A stretch of 64,000 bases of DNA from Takakia lepidozioides. Taxonomy: Eukaryota; Plantae; Bryophyta. The stretch is taken from positions 32,984,001 through 33,048,000 of the forward strand of contig CM060732.1 in assembly GCA_030704615.1 (NCBI GenBank), read 5' to 3'. Shown here in pieces: positions 1-10,383 of this stretch. Position numbers and translations under genes: made by a program. The first letter of the stretch is position 1; each line of letters begins with the position of its first letter. A model generated the notes under the pieces. The model ran no database searches. It was not told the origin of the DNA and worked only from the letters and a program-made list of their open reading frames with translations.

Positions 1-1309
1 TTCGGACATTCGGTGAACATACGTGGGACACCGACTCCAGCAATGCCTCCATTTCCTTCTCGTCGAGAGGAACTCTATCGGAGCCGTCTTCCGACATAAT
101 TCTGGCCAATGCCATCTTATGGGCGGCTTGGAGCTGTATCTGTTTGGGTTTGGCACCCGGTCTCAACTTAACCTCCTCCTGAACGAGCTGCTCTGCTTCA
201 TGGGCAGCCTCCCGCGAGTTCCCCCTCGCCAATTTGTGACAATGGGAACCAACGTGTATGCAAGCTCGGGTGAGGTCAGGGAAACGGTGCAACACATAGA
301 ACTGCTTGGCATTACAAACAGACATGCAGTGTGGTGGTTCTTTGCAATGCGCACACTTAAATGTGGAGTTCGGAACCTTCTCCTGAGCTCGAAATGGTTG
401 GTGAGCTGTGCCTGTCCAATCGGTCTCGTTCCTGTGACCTCTGGATTTAAAGTGGAAGCAAGTTGGGGAGAAACACCGCAACGCGCCCGCACAAACAACG
501 TAGCGCACCCGCACACCATCGAGCATCTTCATGCTGGTGGTTTTGGTAACGCACCAAGGATGACCGTCATGTTTTCTATCCATATCTGTCAACATTCCGG
601 ACGTCCTCGAGTAGTCCGCCCGAGGAGGGAACTCAAAGAAGATATTACCGTCGACGTTGGCGGGAAGGCATGTAACCGATTTAATTGCGAACTTGCTGTA
701 GTCCAGCCCGGCCAGCTCCGACCGGTGTCCCTCCAGGTGAAGCCCTCGCAGAATTTCTAGAATAGATCGAACTGCGGTGCTCGTGCTGGGAATATGACTC
801 CCTCCTCCACTGACATCCATTGAGGACTTGCCTGATCTCCAGGACGACCTCGGAACTTCCATGACCTCGTCTGAGTCGGACAGGTTGTGAACAACCCGGT
901 TCTCGCTCGTCTTCATGGATGGGTTCAGCTCTGGATTTACTTCGTTGCGGACTTCTCTCTTTGAGGTACCCACTCTCTGATTCGCGGATTGTTTCGTGGA
1001 AGGCGCCAGGATAGACGGTGCATTTGGCGGGCAAATGAAGTCCCCAACAGCCCTGTATATGACGCTGTCCGATGGTGGAACTCGCCATTCCCTGCCATCG
1101 CCGAAATCATCGTGGAGCACAACAATACTCTCGACAACAAGGCCGTTTGAGTCCTTCCTTTCCTCCTCCAAAAAAACCGACCCCGGTTTCAGGTGGTATC
1201 GAACGCACAGATATTTCTCCATCACCCGGCAGGTGTCCCCTCTGCACGGAAATGAAGCTCTATGCTCGTGAGGAGGGCAGTACACTGTAGCGCTCGGGTT
1301 TTCCGCCAT
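1..1309 (-). CDS. Mutator-like (MULE) transposase, N-terminal part with GCM-like zinc DNA-binding domain; runs off the left edge (copy 1)
   Basis: Absent from the ORF track because it has no stop inside the window. Hand translation from ATG at 1309 gives MAENPSATVYCPPH...GMLTDMDRKHDGHPWCVTKTTSMKMLDGVRVRYVVCAGALRCFSPTCFHF...EMEALLESVSHVCSPNV. This is collinear with the 730-aa ORF 30110..32302, which carries the DDE core. Confidence 0.85.
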   Translation of the reverse strand, partial: MAENPSATVYCPPHEHRASFPCRGDTCRVMEKYLCVRYHLKPGSVFLEEERKDSNGLVVESIVVLHDDFGDGREWRVPPSDSVIYRAVGDFICPPNAPSILAPSTKQSANQRVGTSKREVRNEVNPELNPSMKTSENRVVHNLSDSDEVMEVPRSSWRSGKSSMDVSGGGSHIPSTSTAVRSILEILRGLHLEGHRSELAGLDYSKFAIKSVTCLPANVDGNIFFEFPPRADYSRTSGMLTDMDRKHDGHPWCVTKTTSMKMLDGVRVRYVVCAGALRCFSPTCFHFKSRGHRNETDWTGTAHQPFRAQEKVPNSTFKCAHCKEPPHCMSVCNAKQFYVLHRFPDLTRACIHVGSHCHKLARGNSREAAHEAEQLVQEEVKLRPGAKPKQIQLQAAHKMALARIMSEDGSDRVPLDEKEMEALLESVSHVCSPNVR

Positions 1310-1614
1310 GGGAGATGTGCACACAAGACTGCCAGGATGGCGTGCGGGGAAGCTCCCTGGTAGAAGGGGGTGCAGCGATGGGAATGAATGCGATGCCGAT
1401 TTGTCCGAGCGACGAAGCCTGATCCAAATCCAGGGAGCCAACTATCTCAAAAATCCACAGTCAGAGTGTTAATGAACATTGTCTCCGGAATGCGGCCCCT
1501 CGTCTTTGCGCAATAACTGCCAACGGTATGCAGTCAGAAAGTGGGGGGCCGTCCGGATGATGACGGCTGAAGGGGAGAAGCCGGCACCGTGCCCTCACAT
1601 TACTACCCCCGAAT

Positions 1615-3450
1615 GGAAATTCGGCACCCAATATCCAACAGAGGAAGCCCGGATGAAGTCGCCTCGGGCGCAGAGGCCGGAGTGTGTGCGACAGAGAACA
1701 TCCCCTGGATGGAGATTCGGCGCCGAATTTCCATCCGGGCCCCCCAAAGGGAGTCGTGTCGGGGGGTCAGGCCGAAAACTAGACTGCATAAAAACATCCC
1801 CAGATGGAAAAACGGCGCCGAATTTCCATCCGGGGCGGTTCGGATGCAGTCGGGGAGGGGGGAGTGGCCTGCACTTGGCCGTCACATTTCAACCCCCGGA
1901 CGGAAATTCGGCACTGAATATCGAACAGGGGACGCCCGGATGAAGTCGCCTCGGGCGCAGAGGCCGGCGAGTGTGCGACAGAGAACATCCCCTGGATGGA
2001 GATTCGGCGCCGAATTTCCATCCGGGCCCCCCCAAAGGAAGTCTTGTCGGGGGGTCAGACCGAAAACTGGCCGACATAAAAACCTCCACAGATGGGAAAA
2101 CGGCGCCGAATTTCAATTCGGGGCCGTTCCAATGCAGTTGGGGAGAAGGGAGAGGTCGGCACGTGGCCGTCATATTTCAACCCCCGGGACGGAAATTCGG
2201 CACCGAATATCCAACAGAGCGGCAAAGAGGCGGCACCTCTCCGACAGAGACCATCACCCGGATGGAAATTCGGCGCCGAATTTCCATCCAGCAGGTAAGT
2301 GGAATCTCGGATGGATGGAGATTCGGCGCCGAATTTGCATCCTGCAGGTAATTCGAATACCGAATGAATGGAAATTCGGCGCCGAATTTCCATCCAGCAG
2401 GTAAGTGGAATCCCGGATGGATGGAGATTCGACGCCGAATTTCCATCCAGCAGGTAAGTGGAATCCCGGATGGATGGAGATTCGGCGCCGAATTTCCATC
2501 CAGCAGGTAAGTGGAATCCCGGATGGATGGAGATTCGGCGCCGAATTTGCATCCTGCAGGTAATTCGAATACCGAATGAATGGAAATTCGGCGCCGAATT
2601 TCCATCCAGCAGGTAAGTCGGATCGGTGCCGTATGGATATTCGGCGCCGAATTTCAATTCGCCATGTATTTCTGAGCCAGGAATTACCTTTGTGCAGGTA
2701 ATTCCCATATAAGAATTACCTTCGTGCAGGTAATTCCCAGATGAGAATTACCTTCCTGCAGGTAATTCCAATCGATTCCTCGTCCAGAATTACCTGCACG
2801 GAGGTAATTCTCATCTGGGAATTACCTGCACGAAGGTAATTCCACGCTCAGAAATACATGGCGAATGGAAATTCGGCGCCGAATATCCATACGGCACCGA
2901 TTCGAATTACCTGCAGGATGGAAATTCGGCGCCGAATTACCTGCTTGAGGGAAATTTGGCGCACCGCCCTACCTGCGCGGATGGAAATTCGGCGCCGGAT
3001 TTCCATCCGCGCGCTTCCGAATTACCTGCATGAGGGAAATTTCGACCGCCGCCCTACCTCCGCGGATGGAAATTCGGCGCCGGATTTCCATCCGCGCGCT
3101 TCCGAATTACCTGCATGAGGGAAATTTCCACCGCCGCCCTACCTCCGCGGATGGAAATTCGGCGCCGGATTTCCATCCGCGCGCTTCCGAATTACCTGCA
3201 TGAGGGAAATTTCCACCGCCGCCCTACCTCCGCGGATGGAAATTCGGCGCCGGATTTCCATCCGCGCGCTTCCGAATTACCTGCATGAGGGAAATTTCCA
3301 CCGCCGCCCTTCCTCCGCGGATGGAAATTCGGCGCCGGATATCCATCCTGCTGCGCTCCGAATTACCTGCAGGATGGAAATCCGGCGCCGGAATTCCATC
3401 GTGCAGCGCTCCGAATTACCTCTACGTTGGAAATTCCGGGACTGTTTACG
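1615..3450. repeat. Compound tandem and inverted array of the 22-bp palindrome GGAAATTCGGCGCCGAATTTCC (about 23 copies; sub-arrays of ~96, 53 and 85 bp period; central foldback)
   Basis: Copies start at about 1615, 1711, 1806, 1902, 1998, 2094, 2191, 2264, 2317, 2370, 2423, 2476, 2529, 2582, 2635, 2867, 2920, 2983, 3068, 3153, 3238, 3323 and 3376. Confidence 0.95.
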
Positions 3451-3650
3451 TCGATTTTCATCCGACATGGAGGGCTTCATCCGACATTTAATTGCGCAGT
3501 TGGGCAATAAATGTCGGCGGCCGTCGGTTATTATTCGGGCTGGCGACGCATGGCTTCCTGGACACGTACCCTAAATCTCATGCTAAACTTGGCTTAACAT
3601 GGTATTCCAGGCATGTACCCCAAAAAAGGAGATCTTTTTGGCTGGGACTT

Positions 3651-6600
3651 ATGCCGCCTGAAGGGCGTGGCTCTCCTGAGAGAGACCTCACATCCAGACC
3701 GCGGCGGAAGTTGAAAGCTCTGTACTACGGACGACGGCCAATCTCTCGCATGGCCAAACTGAAGCTCCAGCAGGAGATTCCAGTGTCTTGCTCACAACCT
3801 GCGCCAACTGAAGCCGAGTACTCTCAGGCAAGCCACTTCTGCTTTCGGTTTGTTCGATTTATTTTTTGCTTTCGCTTTGTTACCTCGCTTTGTTTTTGCA
3901 TCTTCATCTTGGCTTTGCTGTATGAGTGAACTTTAGATAGTTGAGTGAACCTTAGATTGTTTGCAATGCGTGTGCAAATCCGGCAGCTCTGGAGAAGGCT
4001 GATTGTGCATGTCATTCTTAGGCAATGGTTGCATTTGTTTTCATTGTTGTTGCATGGCTCTCCATACTTCCTAAACTTGTTATGTTTTCATTTTTGCTAC
4101 ATGATTGTTGCTATGGTGGTTGCGCTGCTCGTTGCGATGCTGCTTTTTGCACCAATGTTGGTTTTCACGATTTTTGTCAATGACAGAGTGACGACGAGCC
4201 CGGCACGCTGGTGGTATCATCGACAGCTCCAACTCATTGCATGTTTGAATCGCCCAACTTGGGGCAAGAGGGCAAACTTAAACCTTTTGTTGGTGGACGG
4301 GAGGACTTGCAACGACAGTACGACAGAGTAGGCATTGGGGAGGTTGGTGCAGGCGGCATGGCAGGTGAAGGGCGTGAGGACATGAGGACAGCAGATCCGG
4401 CAATGGAGGTTGTTCATGCACATGCAGTAGGGCCCGCCCACGCAAAGAAAAAGAAGAAAGCTAAGCACATGCAATCCCCGGCGAGAGAGCAGTCACGGGC
4501 TGCGGAGGGGGGAGTGAGCAGTGCGCGCGAGGGTGTCAGTTCGCCTCAATCAAAGGTGGTCGTCCTGGAGGGCTCCCCTGCTGCTAGCCCTAGTAAGAAA
4601 CAGAAAGCCCGTGAGAGGGCAAAAGAGAGGGCAAAAGAACAGACGAGACAGAATGCTAGCCAGGAGGAAAGACAAAAGACAGCTGAAGAGGCCAGGGGTG
4701 CCCAAATGACAGATGCCAATGTAAGCGAGGGACCCACAGAGACGGTGGATCCCTACAAGACACCACAGAGAGGCAGTAGCACACCGGTTAGACCATCGCG
4801 GGCAAGAGCAGCCCCCGCAATTACCCATACGGTGGAGAGTGGAGGAGAGGAAAGAACACCTGAAAGAGCACGGATTGTGCAAGTTCGAGGTGAAGCCAGG
4901 GAGAGGGCAGTAGAGACGACGAGAGTGCTTGAGGTGGTTTCGCAGGTGGCTGACCCTGTTGAGGAGGACGACATGGAGGTTTCTGACCAGGATGACATCC
5001 TCCCGGACATCCCCAGGCCCCAAACCCGGAGCATACAGGCTGGATTTGGCGGTCCTGGTGGGCTGCCGGAAAACCCCTCTGCAGCAGACGTCATGTCTGA
5101 GGCGGATATGAAGTTGGCCGCTGCCAAGATGTTGGAGGCAACCCACAGCAACATTGGCAGGGTGCTGGGGGGCATGGTGTACCCGGCCAAGCTTCGAATT
5201 CCCCTTTGCCGCTTGGTGTCATTGCAGGTGGTGAGACCTGCCCTCCCAGGCGATATCGACAAGCTGAAATTCTCTTTCCGGGATGGATATCGAATGGGGT
5301 CTGCCGCCTTTTACGTTTCCATTGAGAACGACCACGGAGCTTCCCGTGCCCACACTTCCGATGAGGTGGACAAATGGGGTCCCCATTGGCAAACGCGAAA
5401 TGAGGAGTTCGAGAGATCGATTGCTAGTGATCCTCTTTTCCAGCACATGTCCGGTAAGATGTTCTACGTGTGGGACGGCAATCATCGCCTCCTGGCATGG
5501 ATGGAGCACATTGCCCAAGCCCACCCCAACGATCTCGATTGGCATTTCGCCGTCGATTGTGTTGTGCTGAAGGTTGCGGGGCCCAAAGATCGCAGTCTTC
5601 CAAAGCTGCAATGGCCGACATCAACTCGTAAGCTATAACCCCTCTCGCTTTTGGACTTTGAATTTGGAAGTCATTTCATTGCGAATCCTCATATATGATG
5701 AAAATTCCCATTTCAGTATTGTTTGATGGAAATGTGGCACTGCAGGGTGACTGAGAATGCCTTCATTGCCACCAACTTGTCCCATATGCTCTTCCGAGTG
5801 AAGGATGTCGGGAAGCAGGGGGTGCAAGAGTTTGCCAATTCCCTCAGTGCCGACCTCCTGCGCAAGTCGGAGGCAAAGGCAGACAGAACCTGGTATAGGC
5901 TGAGCGTCACGCCATGGTGGACTACATATTTCGGGTAAAGCTCCTGACAGTTTTGTTGAGCTAATCTGTCTCTCCTCCCCCAATAGAAGAAATTGTGTTG
6001 AGCAGGATCTCTAATCTTATGTGCGCATTCTTGACAGACGAAAATACAGCAGGATTTGGCACATGCGCGGAGGTTCTACATGGAGTCAGAGGAGAAGAGT
6101 CCAACCCTCCCGGAACTCGAATCGTATGTCAAAGCTGCGGAGGTGAGGGCCCGCATAAAGTACAAGTCGCGGATGGTAAAGTACGTGGCCATAGCTGATC
6201 CCGCCCTTGGTGCCGACTTTCTGGTGGAGGTGGGGAAGCACTACTCTCGCGCTCTGAAGCCCACGATGACATTGGAGAAGCTCCATCGTCTAGCCACATC
6301 CTGTGTGGATGCAACAGAAAAGGTGATACATTCTTAACCAAATTGTGGTGGCAACAACTCCTTTTTGTGGTGTTTGGCGCTTACGAATATGCTGGGTGGT
6401 TGGACAGACCCGGTGGCTCCAAATCTGGAATGGTTCCCAAAGTACCAGGGACATGTGGAGCTTCCCCAAACCGGACAAACTCTCTGACCCCACATTCGAC
6501 ATGTGGATGAACCGCATGACATGGTGGTTTCAGGTACTTCCCCACGCTTCGTTTGGGGCTTCTACTCTAGTAGGGGGTGGATTCATTGTATTTTTTGAGG

Positions 6601-9600
6601 AAAGCGATCTGATGGACAATCTCCACAGGTGACGACGAATGCGCAAGAGCAGCTGGACACACAAGCACATCAGTTCAAGATGGAGATATCTCCTGCAGCA
6701 GAGAGCCTACGTGACTATGTGACGAGGTACTTTTTGCTCTACAAAACCAACCTATTCTTTCGGGAGATAGCAGATGCTCGCCGGAGCCACGAGTTCACCG
6801 ACCAGCCGAACGCGGACAAAGCAGCAATGCGCCTTCTGTACAGGTACATACGCGCTGCCTTTCTTTCAAGTCCTGGCATTTCAGGATGTTAGAGGCCTCA
6901 AGTGGTGTTAGGGAAAATGGCGCCGAATTTCCAGTCAGGGCTCCGAAAATGGCTAAGTCCCTAGACTGGCGGCCCGGAACTGGAAATTCGGCGCCATTTT
7001 CCAGTTCCAGGCCCTATTGCCGTTCAGGGACTTAGCCATTTTCGGCCTAAGTCCCTAGACTGGCTGGCCCTGAAGTGGAAATTCGGCGCCATATTCCAGT
7101 TTTAGGCCCTATTGCCGTCCAGGGACTTAGCCATTTTCGGGCTAAGTCCCTAGACTGGCTGGCACTGAACTGGAAATTCGGCGCCCTTTTCCAGTTCCAG
7201 GCCGTATTGCCGTTCAGGGACTTAGCCATTTTCGGGCTAAGTCCCTAGACTGGCTGGCCCTAAAGTGGAAATTCGGCGCCATATTCCAGTTCCAGGCCCT
7301 ATTGCCGTCCAGGGACTTAGCCATTTTCGGTCTAAGTCCCTACGGTAGCTGGCCAGGAACTGGAAATTCGGCGCCGTTTTCCAGTTCTAGGCCCTATTGC
7401 CGTCCAGGGACTTAGCCATTTTCGGGCTAAGTCCCTAGTGTGGCTGGCCGGAACTGGAAATTCGGCGCCGTTTTCCAGTTCTAGGCCCTATTGCCGTCCA
7501 GGGACTTAGCCATTTTCGGGCTAAGTCCCTAGGGTGGCTGGCCCGGAACTGGAAATTCGGCGCCGTTTTCCAGTTCTAGGCCCTATTGCCGTCCAGGGAC
7601 TTAGCCATTTTCGGGCTAAGTCCCTAGACTGGCTGGCTCTGAACTGGAAATTCGGCGCCATTTTCCAGTTCCAGGCCGTATTGCCGTTCAGGGACTTAGC
7701 CATTTTCGGGCTAAGTCCCTAGACTGGGTGGCCCTGAAGTGGAAATTCGGCGCCATATTCCAGTTGTAGGCCCTATTGCCGTTCAGGGACTTAGCCATTT
7801 TCGGACCTCATTGTGTTTTTCATGAATGCAGGTACTGTAAGTTCTCCCTTTTGGAGAAAGGTCATCTGTCTTTCGAGCCACCATTCTTCCTGGCATGGAG
7901 GAACCCTGGGGCTGACTCCATGTACACTGACGATATTGTGAAGGAGTGGCATCTGGAACATTTGCGTGATTTCCCTTGGTATGTGGACCTTCCGCCCGGC
8001 TCGCTCGACCCATCCGAGTTTCAATTGAAGCTGGATGCTGAATTCCGACGAAACCGGGCTCCGCTGCCTCCGTTGGGTGCAAAAGAGGCAAAAGCGCTTG
8101 CGAACTCCAGGAAAGCGGCAGAGCTTGCTCAGGCAGGAATTCAGGAGAAATTGCATGAGAAGAGTAAAGGTCAAAGGAAAAGGACAAGGAAACAGGTGAC
8201 TGCAGTAACACCCAAAAAGAAGAAAACCATCGGGGCATCGGAGGAGGCGCAGGAGGGGACCCAAGAGAGTGACTCCGACGCCGATTTTGTTCAAGGTCCT
8301 GCGACTGCTGTTGCTCCTACCCAGTCACCGGTCGTCCGGGTTCCCAAGTCAGTTCGGAGTGGGACTGGCTCTGCCAAGAAGTTGGCATTTGAGGGCGAGC
8401 CTACACGGCGGTATTCGGCGGTGACGTTTACGCACAGGCCAAAGCTAGAACCTCCAACCATCATCCAATGCGTCAATGAGAGCTTCCTTGACGCTCTCGC
8501 TGCCAGGGCGAAGAAGGTGGCACACAACAAGTCTCTGGCGGAGCAGAAGGGGAAAGCCAAGAAGAGGGCTGCCGGTACAGAGCCTAAAGACACCCCTGGT
8601 TTTGAAGCCATGATGGAATTCTTCACGGCTGTGAGCCGAATTGCAAGAGCACTCGGGGGGGGGTTGAGGTGGAGAGAGCTTGCGACATGATTCTCCTCGA
8701 CATTCTAGATGGGGAGCTGCTGGAGGGCCTGGATGGTGTGCCCACCTGGAACAGGTTTACTGAGGACTACTGGAAAGCCGGGTTTGGGCTGGCGGGGATG
8801 CTTCTGGATGACGGTGGATGTGTGGTTGTCCTTGCCACGAGAGGGAAGACCACAGAGAATGCGGTGGCAAGGTGGACACCGAAAAGTGTCACCCCGGTCC
8901 TCCTCAGAAAATGGTTCTGCATCAGTACGCAGGGGTTGCGAACAGAGGGCCAAAGTGTAAGTTATCAATCTATTGCATTCACTTCATATTGTGGTGTATG
9001 TTAAGTAGACCCTGGAATTGATCCCTTCTTTGTTGGATGTGCAGACATTGGTGTTTGAGGCATATTGCTTTGTGAAGAGAGGGTCTACGTTCAAATTCCG
9101 CAACGACGGTCGTCTTGTTGATGCCGCTGTGGACCCTGTAACCTACGATGTCCTCTACAACTATGTGCCCCACTCTAGTATGCCGAAGGACACAAAGACA
9201 GGCAAACCGTGGCGGTACAGCCGGACCCGGAGCCCTGCTTTCATCCAAACCCTCATGGAGACGTGCTCGGATGTCCAAGGGCGGATTCTGGACCTCACAT
9301 GCGGCACGGGTAAGCCTTCACGTGCTCAGTTTGTCCCCTGGCCCCATTGCAATTGCATGCCGCAAGCTATTAACCGCCCGCTTTGTTCCTCAGGTGCTTC
9401 AATGTGGGCAGGGACGTTGTCCGACAGGCATGTGTTCGCCTTCGAGCCAGATACTGCCCTCCACAACTCGGAACTTGCAGCGGCTGAACGTCTGCCGAAA
9501 GAGGAAGAGGCATCCTCGGAGGATGAGGAAAAATCCGAGAAGGAGCAGGGGGAGGAAGTTGGGATCGAGGCCGAGGAGCCCCCGGTTTACGAGTGAGTGG

Positions 9601-10181
9601 TGGCATTGTAAGTTGCCTCCAGATTTTGTGAGGCACCTCCCTCCGCTCTCTTATTTCATTGAAAACCCTTTCTGGTTGTGCTGGTATTGACATTCTTCAA
9701 GTGGATTTGTTCTTACTGTAGGATGCCAAGTACTGCCGGAGGGACGTCTACACCGGAGTTCATGGGCAGGAGGAACGTGCTTTTTTTTGCCAGGGGGGAT
9801 TTCATGCCTAGTCCAGAAAGGGAGTACATCCTTCCTACTTATGCTGCCCGACTTGCTTCGGTGTCCATTAGGAGGTGTTCCGAACGTAGTCGTGTACAGC
9901 AGATTTTAGACGAGGCAAGCCTCAAGAAAATGAAGATGAGGGAGGAGGCAGCAGCTATTAGAGCCCGTCGGGCTCGTAGATTTGTGTTGGATTCTGCTGA
10001 GGAAAGTGGGGGAGAAGACGCAGAAGATTCCCAGGAGGTGAGGTGGACAGTCCCCCAAGGAGATGACGGGATTTTTGAGAGGCATAGTGGAACTGATGCA
10101 TCACAGAGCTCGGAGGATGAGGGGGATGAGGGGGATGAGGAAGAAGGTGGGGCAAGTTCCTCGGAGGGTGTAGGAGAGTAG
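3651..10181 (+). CDS. Multi-exon ~1,500-aa protein: low-complexity N-terminus, ParB/Srx-like (DGNHR) domain, helical region, beta-class N4C/N6A DNA methyltransferase-like domain, acidic tail; three apparent 1-bp frameshifts
   Basis: Hand-built exons: 3651-3827, 4187-5627, 5746-5934, 6038-6322, 6408-6533, 6629-6843, 7832-8956, 9045-9309, 9394-9592, 9722-10181. First intron is GC-AG, the rest GT-AG. ParB-like segment: LRIPLCRL...DIDKLKFSFRDGY...FYVWDGNHRLLAW (5190-5570). MTase-like segments: CDMILLDILDG...LLDDGGCVVVL (motif IV-VI region) and RSPAFIQTLMETCSDVQGRILDLTCGTG|ASMWAGTLSDRHVFAFEPD (motifs X-I-II). Frame restoration needs one extra base near 5595, near 5908 and in the G-run 8655-8663. 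Confidence 0.75.
6913..7803. repeat. Intronic minisatellite, 9 x ~95 bp, each unit with two hairpins including the GGAAATTCGGCGCC core
   Basis: Core starts at 6982, 7077, 7172, 7267, 7362, 7456, 7551, 7646 and 7741. Unit contains AACTGGAAATTCGGCGCCATTTTCCAGTT and AGGGACTTAGCCATTTTCGGGCTAAGTCCCT. Lies within intron 6844-7831. Confidence 0.95.
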
Positions 10182-10383
10182 TGCCCATTCCGGCTATGAC
10201 AGTTAGAACACACTTGTATAGACGTGGCTTGCCACAAAATTTGCAATAAAATGTTGCATTTCAAGTCCACTGGTGCCACATTCCAACTTCACATGACCCT
10301 ATTTCCGTGCCTCCTAACCCTATTTCCGTGGACTCACAATGGTCTGCTCATGCTTTTTTTTTTTCCGCTCATGCTCATGCCGC

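Larger units (their letters stand above)
1..10380. mobile_element. Putative large Mutator-like DNA transposon: transposase, palindrome arrays and divergent ParB-like/MTase cargo gene; termini not identified
   Basis: Head-to-head two-gene layout. The same palindromic motif occurs between the genes, inside a cargo-gene intron and upstream of the second transposase copy. No TIR or TSD pair is visible because the left end is outside the window. Confidence 0.55.

Noticed and set aside
23-760. 245-aa plus-strand ORF, and similar ORFs at 30251-30733 and 30902-31378
   Set aside because: Antisense shadows of the minus-strand transposase frames.
1479-3574. Many overlapping ORFs with repeated MEIRRRISI / WKFGAEFPS peptides
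   Set aside because: They are translations of the palindromic repeat on both strands, not proteins.
1615-7803. CRISPR-like appearance of regularly spaced palindromes
   Set aside because: Spacers are themselves repeated rather than unique, there are no cas genes, and the context is eukaryotic.
3651-10181. Bacterial contamination as the source of the ParB/MTase gene
   Set aside because: Nine spliceosomal-type introns interrupt it, one within motif I, and it is contiguous with plant TEs and genes.
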